This document shows, piece by piece, positions 39,925 to 51,804 of a stretch of DNA of 64,000 bases. The DNA comes from Carcharhinus amblyrhynchos. Lineage: Eukaryota. The notes under the pieces were generated by a model. The model had not been told where the DNA came from. It was given only the letters and a program-made list of their open reading frames with translations, and made no database searches. The stretch is from the NCBI GenBank assembly GCA_965287045.1, contig OZ336885.1, positions 45,198,001 through 45,262,000 on the forward strand, in the 5' to 3' direction. The number at the start of each line of letters is the position of its first letter. Within the stretch, counting starts at the first letter, position 1. A program made the position numbers and the translations under genes.

Positions 39925-40905
39925 ACAAAGAACAAAGAACAACCCAGCACGGGAAACAGGCCCTTCGGCCCAACGAGCCCGCGCCGCCGCATCACCCTAC
40001 ACCTATTCTACCCTGCATGTCTACGAATGGGACCCTACTCAGTCAGATTCAGGGAAGAAATAGTGTCAATTTAGTAGAAACCGATTAGCCTAAGAGCACA
40101 TCTTTGGGGTGTGGGAGGAAACCGGAGCGCCCGGAGGAAACCCACGCAACCACAGGGAGAATGCGCAAACTCCCACAGACACAGGCCCAAATCCATGTAT
40201 CTGCACAGCTAGCAGTGCTAGTCACTGAGCTGTTGCGGCGCCCGTCTATCGGTCCAGGATCAAGCACACACACCGACATGAAGTACTAGGCCACTCCTGG
40301 ACTTCCAAGAGCAGCCCACGCACGACCCGCCGTGTGCATGCTCCTCACTTGACACGAGGTGGACCTCCACCTGTGGAATAAAGACAAAAAATATTAATCA
40401 TACAGCCTGCCCTTCCGGTGTCTCTGAGGTTTAACCCTATTTAATAGCCCCTACCATATCCCTCCATTCTCGTTTCACTCATGTGCCTATCTAACTGCAT
40501 CTTAAACAAGTCCAACGTTCCTGCCTCCACCACCCTACTCGGTAGCGCATTCCAGACCCCCACAACTCTCTGCGTAAAGAACCTTCTTCTTACCTCCAAA
40601 TTATACCTCCCCCCCCTCACCCTTAAGTGATGACCTCTCGTGTTCGTACCCAGTCTAGGGAGCAGTCTCTCACTATTAACTCTATCTATTCCCTTCAGTA
40701 TCTTATATACCTCTATCATGTCCCCTCTCAATCTCCGTCTTTCCAAGGAGAATAGCCCCAGTCTCTTCAATCTCTCCTCGTAACCCAGTCCCCCCATGCC
40801 AGGCAACATCCTGGTAAACCTCCTCTGCACCCTTTCCAGAGACTCCACGTCCTTCCGGTAGTAAGGTGATCAGAACTGGACGCAGTACTCCAAATTTTAG
40901 CTCGA
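39925..40905 (-). mobile_element. Composite element: CR1 ORF2 3' end, ~190-nt linker, truncated V-SINE head/core and CR1-type tail
   Basis: ORF 40441..40848 (ESLERVQRRFTRMLPG...RFFTQRVVGVWNALP) is intact. V-domain at ~40095-40180. Tail GGGCCGAAGGGCCTGTTTCCCGTGCTGGGTTGTTCTTTGTTCTTTGT. Confidence 0.85.
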
Positions 40906-41089
40906 ACACCATTCTCTCTTGCAGCGGGACAGGCATAGGTTAAAAAAAAAGAGAATTTTTTTTCTTGTTACAGTTCAGGGATAAAAAAAATCACCAAAAA
41001 CATGCGAATTTATGTTGAAAAGTTCTCTAGATCAGGTAGTAGCAGAAACAAACCCTTACATCAATAACAAAAACGGCCACCCAAAATAT

Positions 41090-43520
41090 ACCATCCAGCC
41101 CACCAAGCCTATTCCACCAGTCAATAAGATCATGGCTGATCGGAGTGTAGCCTTAATTATACTTTCCTACCTATCCCCATAACTCTCAACTTCCAGTCAA
41201 ACAAAAATCTAACTCAGCCATGAATACGATGAATGATCCAACCTCCATTGTTCTCTGTGGGAGAGAAGACTAATGACCTAGAGAAAAGAAATTCCTCATC
41301 ATCTCCATTTTAAATGAGAGATCCCGACAGTCAGCATCTGCCCTGTCAAACCTCCTCAGAATATTTTATATTTCAATGGGATCACCTCTTGGGGTTAGCA
41401 CAGCTGCCTGACAGCACCAGGGATCCAGGTTCAATTCCTAGCTTGGATGACTGTGTGGAGTCTGCAGGGGTTTCCTTCCAAAGTCCAAAATTCATGCTGG
41501 GTAGGTGCACTGGCCATGTTAAATTCTCCCTCAGTAAACCCAGTGTAGGCAACTAGGGGATTTCACAGTAATTTAACTGCAGTGTTAATATATGGCTACC
41601 TGTAACACTTAGACTTTAAAACCTTAAAATGCTTAGCCTTCTCAACTCCAATGAATATATGCTGAACATGCTTAACCTTTCCTCAGAACGCAACTTCTTC
41701 ATCCCAGAAATCAGCCTAGTGAACCTATGAACTGCTTTCAGTGCAGTGTCCTAACAGAGACCAAAACTTTTATATCTATTTTAGTGCTCCAAATCCCCTG
41801 CAAAAAAACAATCAATTTGCCTTCCTAATTATTTGCTCTACCTGTATGACAATCTTTTGATTTTATGTACAAGGACACAGAATGCAGAATTTCTATTTAA
41901 ATATTGTGCTTATAGAATAGAATCCCTAACATGCAGGAGGCCACTTGGCCCATCAAGTCTGCACTGACTGTGACAGAATACCTTACCCAGGCTGTTTCCC
42001 CCCACTTTATCTCTGTAACGTCACACATTTATGAAGACTAATTCATCTAACCTACACATATTGGGACACTAAAGGGCAATTTAGCATGGCCAATCTACCT
42101 AATCTACGCATCTTTGGACTGTGGGAGGAAACTGGTGCACCCAGAGGAAACTCAGATAACGGGAGAATTGTCGGTGTGGCATTTACACAGTCACCCAAGG
42201 CTGGAATTGCTTTTCTATTCTTTCTACTAAGGTGGACAACTCCACATTTTACTCCAAACTTTTGTCCACTCACCTAACTTTCTATAAACCTTTGCATCCT
42301 CCTACAGGTATAGTCAGTGCCTTCATCCAAATCATTGCTATACATCCAATAGTTGAGGCCCAGCACTGATCCCTGCAGTACTCCACTATTTATTTAGAAC
42401 ATGAAAATGACGTTTATCCCAACTGTTTCCTGTTACGTATCTAATATTCTATTTATGCTTTTTAAATTTAAGACCATGAGTTCTTATCTGCTGCAGTAAC
42501 CTTTCATGTGCAACAATATCAAACACCCCTTTTGGAAATTCAAATACATCATGTTTACTGGTTTCCCTTTATCCACACTTATTGTTATATGCTCAGAGAA
42601 CTAATAAATGTCAAACATCACAAAACTATTTTGACTCTGCCCGGTTATGTTACTTTTTAAAATGACTTTCCACTTGATGGATTCTACCATTTTCCAAATG
42701 ACAGATATTAGACAAACTGACCATAACTTCCTACTTTATCTCACTCCTTTCTAAAATAGTGGTGTTACGTTTGCAGTTTTCCAATCCACTGGAACCTTTT
42801 TCTAGAATCTAGGGAATTTTGGAATGCATCCAGTATTTCTGCAGCCATTGTGTTTAAGATTCTAGAATGGAGGCTATTAGGTCCAAGGGACTTGTTTGCC
42901 TTTAGTCCCATTATTGTTTCCAGCACTTTTTCCACTATTGACTGAGATGTTTTAAGTTTTTCATTCACCTTTCCCTCTTGCTTTTCTACACTTTCTTGGA
43001 TACTTTGAAGACAGACAAAATACTACTTCATAGTGTCTCACCCTCTAAAGAGGCAATGCTCACTTAGCTTTTACTGTTATTATATTCCTTGCTAGTCTTC
43101 TCTCATTCTTCAGCACTTTGAGTCAGCTTTTACTGGTTTCTAAAATTTTCTGTTGTTACTATCAACGGACTTCCAATGATTGATTTCCTTTCCCAAACTG
43201 ATTCTACAACCTGATCCCTGGAACGAAGATTATTTTTCGCTACTGTACTGATCTTATCCTTGATTAACAGAGTTACCCAACCTCCTTTTCCTTTCTTTGT
43301 CCTTCCAAAATATCAAATACCCTGGAATATTCAGGTCCCAGCTGTGTTCACTTTGCAACCAAGTCTCTGTACTGGCTATTATATTACACTCATTTATTTT
43401 TATTTGTGCCATTAAATAATCCATCTTATTACAAATTAGCATGCATTCAGATAAAGAGCTTTTAATTGTCATTATACTTTTTTTTTCCTACTCCGACCTT
43501 ATTTGCTGGTGCACTCTTAC
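41090..43520 (-). mobile_element. Old, long, heavily deleted CR1 with two nested V-SINEs (~41388-41616 +; ~41913-42205 -)
   Basis: Endonuclease remnant IASTETWLQSEHSWDLNIPGY (ORF 43254..43472) and LKANKSLGPNSLHSRIL (ORF 42765..42968). SINE V-domains are visible. Confidence 0.8.
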
Positions 43521-43732
43521 TTGTCAGGTCTCAAATATCAGACTCTAATTATTGATACATTTGGTTATAGCACCAAAATTTATCAATATATTTTAAGTGA
43601 TAATAAGAAAATTCCACACAAATGGAAATGAATTCAATTAAATCAGTCCTAATACTTCTTACAGAAATGCAGGAAGAGTAATAAAAACTATAGATTCAGG
43701 ACTGAGATCAGAGTCAGACCATTTCACTAGAT

Positions 43733-44414
43733 AAAAGCAAATTACTGTGGATGCTGGAATCTGAAACCAAAAGAGAAAATGCTGGAAAATCTCAACAGGT
43801 CTGGCAGCATCTGTAGGAGAATACAGCAAACGTTGAGTCCAAATTATCCTTTGTCAAAACTAAAATGCACTGAAAGTAGGAGATATACTGCAGGGTGCAG
43901 GAACAAAAGATAAGTCATAGCCATGAAAACAAGGGAAAAAGCTAAGAGGTGCTAAGTCCATAGAGAGAATAGAAGGTGTGAATGGCAGAGAAGCTGAAAT
44001 CAGAGGGCAAGCTCTGACAAATGAAAATGTGAAGGGATGGGAGGAGGTAAAATTGAAAAAGGGGGAGGGAGGGAAAATAGGTAAGATTGGGGGGAGAAAA
44101 ATAAATGACAAATAAAAAGTAGAGAACAGTTAAAAATTAAATAAAATTAAAACAAAAGGGCTGAAGTGGGATACAGCTAACCATCTGAAGTTGGTGAATT
44201 CAATATTGAGACTGAAAAATCGTAACATGCATAGCCGGAGGTTTCACTGGAACATTGCAACAGGCCAAGGACAGACAACATGTCGGTACGGCAGCAGGAT
44301 CGTGTGAGAAAACAGCAAGCACATCATGTGGAATCAAAACCTCAGCTCTTTACTCTCCTTACAGATGCTGCTGGACCTGCTGAGATTTTCCAGCATTTTC
44401 TCTTCAGGTTTCAG
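43733..44414. mobile_element. Penelope-like element fragment with inverted pseudo-LTR ends
   Basis: TCTGAAACC...AGAGAAAATGCTGGAAAATCTCAACAGGTCTGGCAGCATCTGTAGGAG (43760-43819) is inverted at 44354-44414 (CTCCTTACAGATGCTGCTGGACCTGCTGAGATTTTCCAGCATTTTCTCT...GGTTTCAGA). This architecture is typical of Penelope insertions. Confidence 0.78.
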
Positions 44415-44419
44415 ACGAT

Positions 44420-46462
44420 TTAACACCAAGTTCAAGTTTAAAGTGGCATTAATACTGTTGGTACCCAACAGTAAATCTTGCTATACAGGTGGCAAATTCT
44501 CAAGCTGAGTGTGGCAGCTGTCTCATAATAATGGAAGATTGGGAAGTTTATAGAGATCCTGGTAGGTCCAATGGAATTGGCTTCATACTAGACTGGTGAG
44601 AAGCCCATGTGTGGTTAAGACTGTAATAGAAATGGCATCATACCTCCCCACTTTACCATGCTTGCAATAAGAGCCATATCGCATATATTGCTTTTAAATC
44701 TATATGCTTAAAACTGCTTCAAAACAAAGCGTAAATATCAGTATAACGGCAGTGGAAATGTACATGTGGAAACGTTTCCTAGAAAAATAAAAAAGTGGGA
44801 ATGCGTGATTACAAAATGAATACAATGTATTGAAAAGAATAAGGTCTTAGAAAACAAACAGTAACCACAATTGACAAAGTCAGCAAGAGTAGAATCCAGT
44901 GTGGTTGAGGTAATAAGAGTCAACTGTAATCATTTTAGTCCAGTTAAGCAAAATATTTCATCCTATGTAATAAATTATTGTATGTACATTACTGTATATA
45001 CAGTTAAGTTTTGTAATATTAGCAGGATGTGTTCATGGAAAAGCAATGCAAATACTGGATAATGGAAAATTGCAGTGATAAATTATTGACTCCAGCATTA
45101 TGAAAGCAACCAAGTGGATGGTATAACGAACAAGGCTAAATGAGGTGAACCGCATTGAACACTAAATATTTATGCAAGAAATATTAATTAGATAAATCTG
45201 TAGATACCAATCAGTATTGGTTTTGCTGCTTCCTTCAATTCATTTTGGATTCACCTATATGGTACAAACTATTGCTGATGTTTTGACAAGTGAAAATTCT
45301 TCAGCATTCAATCCAGAAGATGGTATTTTGGCCCATGTTACAAGACTGTAACACACAAGCTTCCTTATGCTTAATTATCTCTATTCTCAGCAGGCTAGCC
45401 GTCCAGAGTGAGAGAAAAGGTTCTACTTTTCTCTAGAGGTTTTCAAATAGGTTTCATTACTGGTGCCTAGAGTTTTTACTTTTAATCACTACAAAAGGGA
45501 CCAGATTTAATGATTCAGTGACTGTTGATATCAACCAGCTCAGCAGCACTTGGGTTTGGAGATGGATGTTTGCTAGGCTTATGGTTGGATTTCATACTGG
45601 ACAGTACACTACACACCAATTCAATTGTGGGGGCATGGTGGAGATGGGAGAGGGCGAATTCCCTGAAACATTTTCAACTTGATTACAATATACACCAAGC
45701 ACAAATTTTTCAGAAGGGGAATTTCATCCCCTAGAAGTTATTACAAATCCTATCACGTGATCAATATGTCAGGCTCCCACATATAAAACAAAAAAAACCC
45801 AAAATAGCAAGAACATTTTCTGTTCTTTCATCTTGAAAACCAAATTCCACATCACAGAATAGACTGCCGCAATGGCAACTTTTTAAAATACAATATCTGC
45901 TATATATTAAAATGGAAAACAAGAGGCAATGATAAATAAGACAATGATCTAGCAACTAAATTCCTCAATTAGATCATTTTAGAATTCATCCTGCAGGAAT
46001 TCAATAATCTATACATAATATTTTTGTATATATTCTATATACACACACATAAATATAAGTCATGTATAGATCTGTGTACAGAACGTTTTTCAAAAGCTGG
46101 AACCGTTTTTTTTTTACATGGGTTCATCAGCCCACATTAAACATTGTGCTAAACCTTTTAATAAACCATCAAAAAGGTGATTTGCAAATTGGGGTCATTT
46201 CTGAAGATTCAGTACCAGGTTTACAAATTGGTCAATAATTGAACAATTCCATTGACAAAGGGAGGAAGGGGCATGGGAAACAAAATGTACAAATAGGCCT
46301 TTTATCTGTTCATTGCATGCAAGTATGAGGATAATATAACAAACCCAAAATATTATAAGGCAGGGAAAGGGGATCAGTCATTGTCTCTTGGCTTCATTGT
46401 TCCCCCTCTCTTACTAAAATTGAAAAGTGCTTAAGTCATCTCTTGCTGCCACTTTCATTGTT
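44420..46462 (-). other. ZNF335: Probable ZNF335 3' UTR (end not determined)
   Basis: Repeat-free AT-rich stretch directly after the stop codon. ATTAAA variants occur near 46160 and 45485; the cleavage site cannot be fixed from sequence. Confidence 0.45.
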
Positions 46463-46602
46463 TTAATCTTCAGAGTATGCAATGACCTCAGCCTGAGCCA
46501 TCTCATACTGAATTGCTTGTTGCTGAAGTTGCTGTATTTGTTCTTCTGTAGCCTCTGTTGTGTAAATTCCTTGGACTTGAGCAATAGCAGCATCAGCTAC
46601 AG
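46463..46602 (-). CDS. ZNF335: ZNF335 last coding exon (AVADAAIAQVQGIYTTEATEEQIQQLQQQAIQYEMAQAEVIAYSED*)
   Basis: Acceptor ttccttaacag, phase 1 continuing from the previous exon. Matches the ZNF335 C-terminus AVADAAMAQAQGLF...IQQLQHQGIEYDVI. TAA at 46465-46463. Confidence 0.95.
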
Positions 46603-48580
46603 CTGTTAAGGAAGAGGAAACAGTAGCATACTTTTAACAACTTCCAGCACAGTCAACAACTTTCAGAAAAATCTAATTCAGAGCTGATCTTCACTTGTAC
46701 CAAGTCTACCTTTCTCTTCAAACTGAAGTGCCTGCTGTATAAATTTGCTGTTACTTTGCTATACTTTTAGAACTCAATATTCAGAAAAGGTAACCAATTC
46801 CTTAATAATTATAAGGGCAAAGGCTCCAAAAACAATTTTGAACTGGTGACATTTTTATTAAAAAAACTAATGCATTGGCTGGGGCATTTTAAAGATGTTT
46901 ACTATTAATAATTCTGTTGGGACTTTTTTTTTTAAAAAAGGGGAGTCCATTTAGTTTAAGAAATTCTTCAAGTTTTTCTAATACATTTATGGGCTTAGAG
47001 GTATTTAATACATTTCAATAATTAATGATTGAGGATTAATCATAAACAACTTAAAAAAGAACCCAAAAAGAAATGCTGTTAATTTCAGCAATTCCCCCTT
47101 GTGTTTAGGGGAACAGAGCAAGGTAGCAACATTAGTTAGGAACAGTAAGAGTGAAAAATTAGAGAAAGAGAACAAAGATAGCTTACATTTATATTATATT
47201 CTGCTGCCTAAAGTGCTTTGCAGTCAATTAAATACTTTTGAAGTGCCAGTATTATAATGTAGGAAAACATCACAAATTATCTGTGCACAGCAATAATGAG
47301 ACTAACAAATAATCTGGACCTCGATTTAACAACTCATTAGAAATACAGCCTCTTGGACACTCCCTCAGGGTTTCACGTGTGTCAGCCTAGTTAAATGGAC
47401 TAATAACTGAATGTACTGGGTCCACATTACAAAATACAAATTATGAGTTTATTAGTGGAATTTTATGGAGGTGACGGCATTCTTGAATGCCAGCTGGAGA
47501 GACATCCATGTTATCTCCTCCTGGGAAGGCCAGCCAGCATTATGTGCCATTCAAGCAATTGAGTGTCACTGGTTGGCCATCCACAGGATCAGGACCCTGG
47601 GTGTGAGAAGTCCCCCCCCACCCCCTCCGCGCACACAGCTGCTGACCAGTCAAAAACTGACAGCTCTTTTCCTGAGCAGCAGGAATAGGCCAGTGATTGT
47701 TGCTGCAAGAAGGATACCTACCCAAAGCCCAAATCTTTGTTGGATCCCTGAACTCAAGTTATAGAGAAAGGGTTTCTTGGGGTGGGTGTCACAGGGTATG
47801 GGGGTATTGGCAACAGGGGAAGGGGGTGTGTCTCAGTGCTCCCCCCACTCTTGTCCCACATATCCCCACCCTCCTCAAATTCAAGCTCACCTCCCTGAGT
47901 GGGGATAGGTCCACCTGCCACTTGATCAATACCCGTTCCTGCATAAATTTCCCACTAACAGGCCTCAATTGGCAGTCAGGCAGGAAGGCTCTCTGTGAGC
48001 TTTCCTACCACAAACTTAATCAGGTTGGACATAAAATACCGTTCATTGAGTTATTTTGCTGAAGGACCCCAAATTTAGAAATGATTGACAAGATTGTAAA
48101 GAAATTTAGTTGCCAGAGAACACAAGTGTCAAAATTCTAACAATAGTATGTTTTTCCAGATGGCTTTTTCAAAAACTATTAAACAACAAAATGGATTAAT
48201 ATAATAATTTATACAGGAAAGCCACTGAAGTTGTTGATGGTTTGAAAGACAAATTAAGGGTTTCTGAGAGCAAAAGGAAAAGGTCAGATACAGATGTCAA
48301 GTCTTAAGGAGTGCTATGGTACTTAGCATCAACCAGGCACATCCTGAAAAGCACAATTTTAATAGTTTTAATAAAATTTTCATAGTCTGATACCCCACAA
48401 GATTTTTTGTTACTGACGAGCCAGTTATTGAAATTGCAAGATCCATCACCAGCCAGGTGAGGATATTCTTAAAATAATTGTTAATTAATGATGGGAACAA
48501 ACATTCTGACCAGAATCATGTTTTGAATACTGAAAACTGTTGGTGTCTCACACCAAGCCTAGATGCAAATAGTTGCTTAC

Positions 48581-48683
48581 CTGTCACTGCGGAATGTGCA
48601 GCAGCTTCTAGCTCAGCTTGTGTCACTATTTGCTGGTCAGTGATTGGCACGTATTGGATCTGTCCATCATGGCTCACTGCAAT
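48581..48683 (-). CDS. ZNF335: ZNF335 exon (IAVSHDGQIQYVPITDQQIVTQAELEAAAHSAVT)
   Basis: AG acceptor and gtaagc donor; 103 nt. Matches the ZNF335 motif QIQYVPV...QQLVTQAQLEAAAHSAVT. Confidence 0.95.
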
Positions 48684-48752
48684 CTTAGCAAAGTAACACA
48701 ACATCAAGAGACTGACAGCCACAAACATGCACTACAGCACACTGCAGAGATT

Positions 48753-48908
48753 CGAGGGGAATTTTCCCCTTTGCCCACCTGGAATTGTAGCTGGCAGGGA
48801 AGGGGGGTGGGGTGGAAGAGAGACAGAAAAACAGGGACAGACCGTGTCTGCAGACCTCAGGTGGGATTTTCCAGTTTTGGGGTGAGCACAGCTGGAAAAT
48901 CCCACTCT
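48753..48908. mobile_element. Short MITE
   Basis: Imperfect TIRs GAGGGGAATTTTCC ... GGAAAATCCCACTC. Confidence 0.55.
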
Positions 48909-50113
48909 TAGTATCTGAAGAGACTGGCCATTACAATACTCTCACACACACACACACACACACGGGATATCGGCAACTTTCCATAATCTATAATGAAAGA
49001 TCATCATGCTTAAACATTAACTCCATTTTTCTCTCCACAGATGCTTCCTGACTTGTGTATTTCCAGCATTTTCTGTATTTATTTCAGATTGCTTGCACTT
49101 ACAGCAACTTTACATTATGGATTTTGTAAATTTGAAAATCAATATTGCAAATTAAGAGACCGTATGCCATAAAATGTGGTTAATATTATAAAACTTTGTT
49201 CTATCAAATTTCAATTTTATTTGTAAATGACCAAAGACAGAAAAGTAATTATATAATTGTGATCCTGATTTGAGCGTTGTGCATTTAGTTAAGCAATGAT
49301 GGGCCAAGAACTATATAATTGATCAAATACTTCATTAATTAAGTTATGTCCCAACATCAAAGAATTGTTCATACAATATCTGAAATCAAATGACTTTAGT
49401 GTATTTAATAATATAGCTGAAACAGGGATGACTTACTCATTCAGCTTGTACTCATGGGTTAACCTGGCTGACCATCTTCCGCTAACTAATGTTCTTTAGG
49501 AAATCTGCCATCCTTACCTGGTCTGACCTAAGTGTGACTCCAGAGCCACAGCAATGTGATTGACTCTCAACTGCCCTCGGGCAACCAGGAATGGGCAATA
49601 AATGATAACCAGCCAGTGACGCCCATGAATAATAAAGTTACATTAACTGAAAGCACAATGAAACTTAAACTGGACAAAGATCATTCCTTACATATCTGAT
49701 TAGTTCAGAGATGCAAGCTCAAAGCTTTGATCATAGCTCAATTCAGAGCTTCTTCTAGTTTAGCTTCAATTCAGATGTTATAATTGGCTATGGAAAGAGA
49801 AATGCCAGAATTCTCATTCCTGATCACTACCTGAACTTCTGAGATCAACATGCTAATCTTCAAAAAAATGAACATACAATAATCATGGAAGTTAAGTTGG
49901 GCTGTCATACCAATGGAGAAATTGGTATGAGCATTGTTTAAAGAGCCAGGGACATACTGTTCTGTAACAACTGCACAAAATGCCTTTTCTTGCTGCCAAT
50001 AGTGACAACTGCTGACTCAGACAAACCTCAGACTTATCACCATGTAGTAATGTATTTATTTTTAGAAATTCTATTTCCAAATGTTGGTACACCTCACTGG
50101 AACAGAACTATAC

Positions 50114-50188
50114 CTGTTGTCCCTCTAAGACCTGATGTATCTGTGGATCTGATTCATACTGGATGTGGTGAATTTGGCCATCCTGCAC
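50114..50188 (-). CDS. ZNF335: ZNF335 exon (VQDGQIHHIQYESDPQIHQVLEGQQ)
   Basis: ctccatag acceptor and gtatag donor; 75 nt, phase 0-0. Matches VQEGQITHIQYE. Confidence 0.95.
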
Positions 50189-51486
50189 CTATGGAGAGTA
50201 TCAGTAAATTAAAAAATACAACAAAACGTTAACAATTGTATTCATATAACATTTAACTCAGTACAGCATCCTGAAGGCACTTTGCAGGAGCATTATCAAA
50301 CAAAAAACTTGACACCAAGCTGAAAAGGGAGATATTAGGTCAGGTGTCTAAAATATTGGGAAAACAGTTAGCTTTAAAGGCTTCATAAAGCAGAGAAGTA
50401 TGGACAGGAAGAGAAGTTATGAGGGAATTCCAGAACTTATGCCTAAGCAGCTGAAGGCATAAATAAATCAGGGATGTACATGAAATCAGAATTGCAGGAG
50501 CACAGTGTTCTCAGTGGGGACTAGGTCATGAGATATGATACTGGCTAAATTTAGAAATACAGCTGGAACACTTAGTCAATTATAAGCACTGTTGTGTAGT
50601 GTTTAAATAGTCAAGTTTCTTGATCTCATACTGATGGGTCAGAGCTGAGGCTCATTAGGACAAAATGGAAGCAGGTTTATTCTGCATCTAACTGCACTAT
50701 CCCTTAGCTGGGAGTGTGTTTGATCTGATACTTTGGAGCGAAAAACCAAAACACATTCCATTCTCGAGCACTTACAACATTCACTTTTATGTGCACAAGA
50801 GAGTTATTTAAAAAAAAATAAATCTAAGCAGCACACTGGTTAACATGACACACAGCTACAGAGCTGTGGACCACTTACCTGGATCGCAATTCTCCATCTC
50901 AAATTTGCAAATTTTTTTTGGTTCAAGTTATTAGATGAAAGTGGCAAACAGAAATAACGGAATTTAAGCAAGGCCAAATCACACCCACAGTATTCCCTGT
51001 CAGCAGGCAGCTGGCTCAAGGCACAAGATGCGATCTGTGTTCCTGGAGCACCCCTCATAACTTGGAGGCATCTCTTTTTGTTTTTTATGAGGTTGTCAAC
51101 ATAGACAGAAAAGGAGCTGGACACATTCCTAAAGAGAAAAGCTGTAAGAAGCTTTTCATGGAAGGGAGAGAGGTTTTGAAAGAGGAGTATATGGCTGAAG
51201 GAGCTACTGTGATAATGTAGGACTGTGTCAAGAAACGTAAGTTTTCCACAGGATCATAAGACAGAGGGAGAGTTGGATAATTCAGCTACATGTATCCTAT
51301 AGGAAAAAGGAGAAAATAATTTACACATATAATGGGCAAATTGAGTGCAAATTTCAAAATGGTGAACAAGACCACTTTGACATTTTGGGTAATAATTCCA
51401 TGAAAAGGTGTATTCCACTAAATGCATTTGGAAACATTAAACTCTTCAGCTATTATGTGCACAATTTCCCTTTCTCTCCCACTCAA

Positions 51487-51804
51487 TTTTTTTTTGTTTA
51501 CTTTATTCCAATCCAATCAAGTCAAATTAAAGCCAATTCAGAGTCTCAACAAGTTGGGACATTCCCGATCCAAGCTAACAAGACAGGGCTCTCACCTCCT
51601 GTCTTGGGCTTGATCTACATGATCCAAGCTGATTGGAGTAGGCATAGCTCCTCCCCCAAGGCTTGATCTAATTTGCATCTTAGCCAAAAGGCCGAGATGC
51701 CGCTTTAAAAAATTGCTTCAAATGAAGCTAAATTGTAACCTAACGATTTCAACCAAGTGCAGCATGTTAATAGTACACTTGATCTTAGCCAAAAGGCCGA
51801 GAAG
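51487..51804 (-). mobile_element. U2 snRNA-headed, poly(A)-tailed short retroelement
   Basis: Begins CTTCTCGGCCTTTTGGCTAAGATCAAGTGTAcTAT (U2 nt 5-39, one mismatch). Second U2 stem-loop I copy at 51677-51697, two related hairpins, AATAAA at 51507-51502 and an A-rich tail. Confidence 0.8.

Noticed and set aside
1-44400. Exons of PCIF1 or other genes that neighbour ZNF335 in mammals
   Set aside because: No recognisable peptide was found by eye. Short exons could have been missed, so this is non-detection rather than proof of absence.
51770-51804. Functional U2 snRNA gene
   Set aside because: Only nt 5-39 are present; the Sm site and 3' stem-loops are absent and the branch-recognition sequence is altered.
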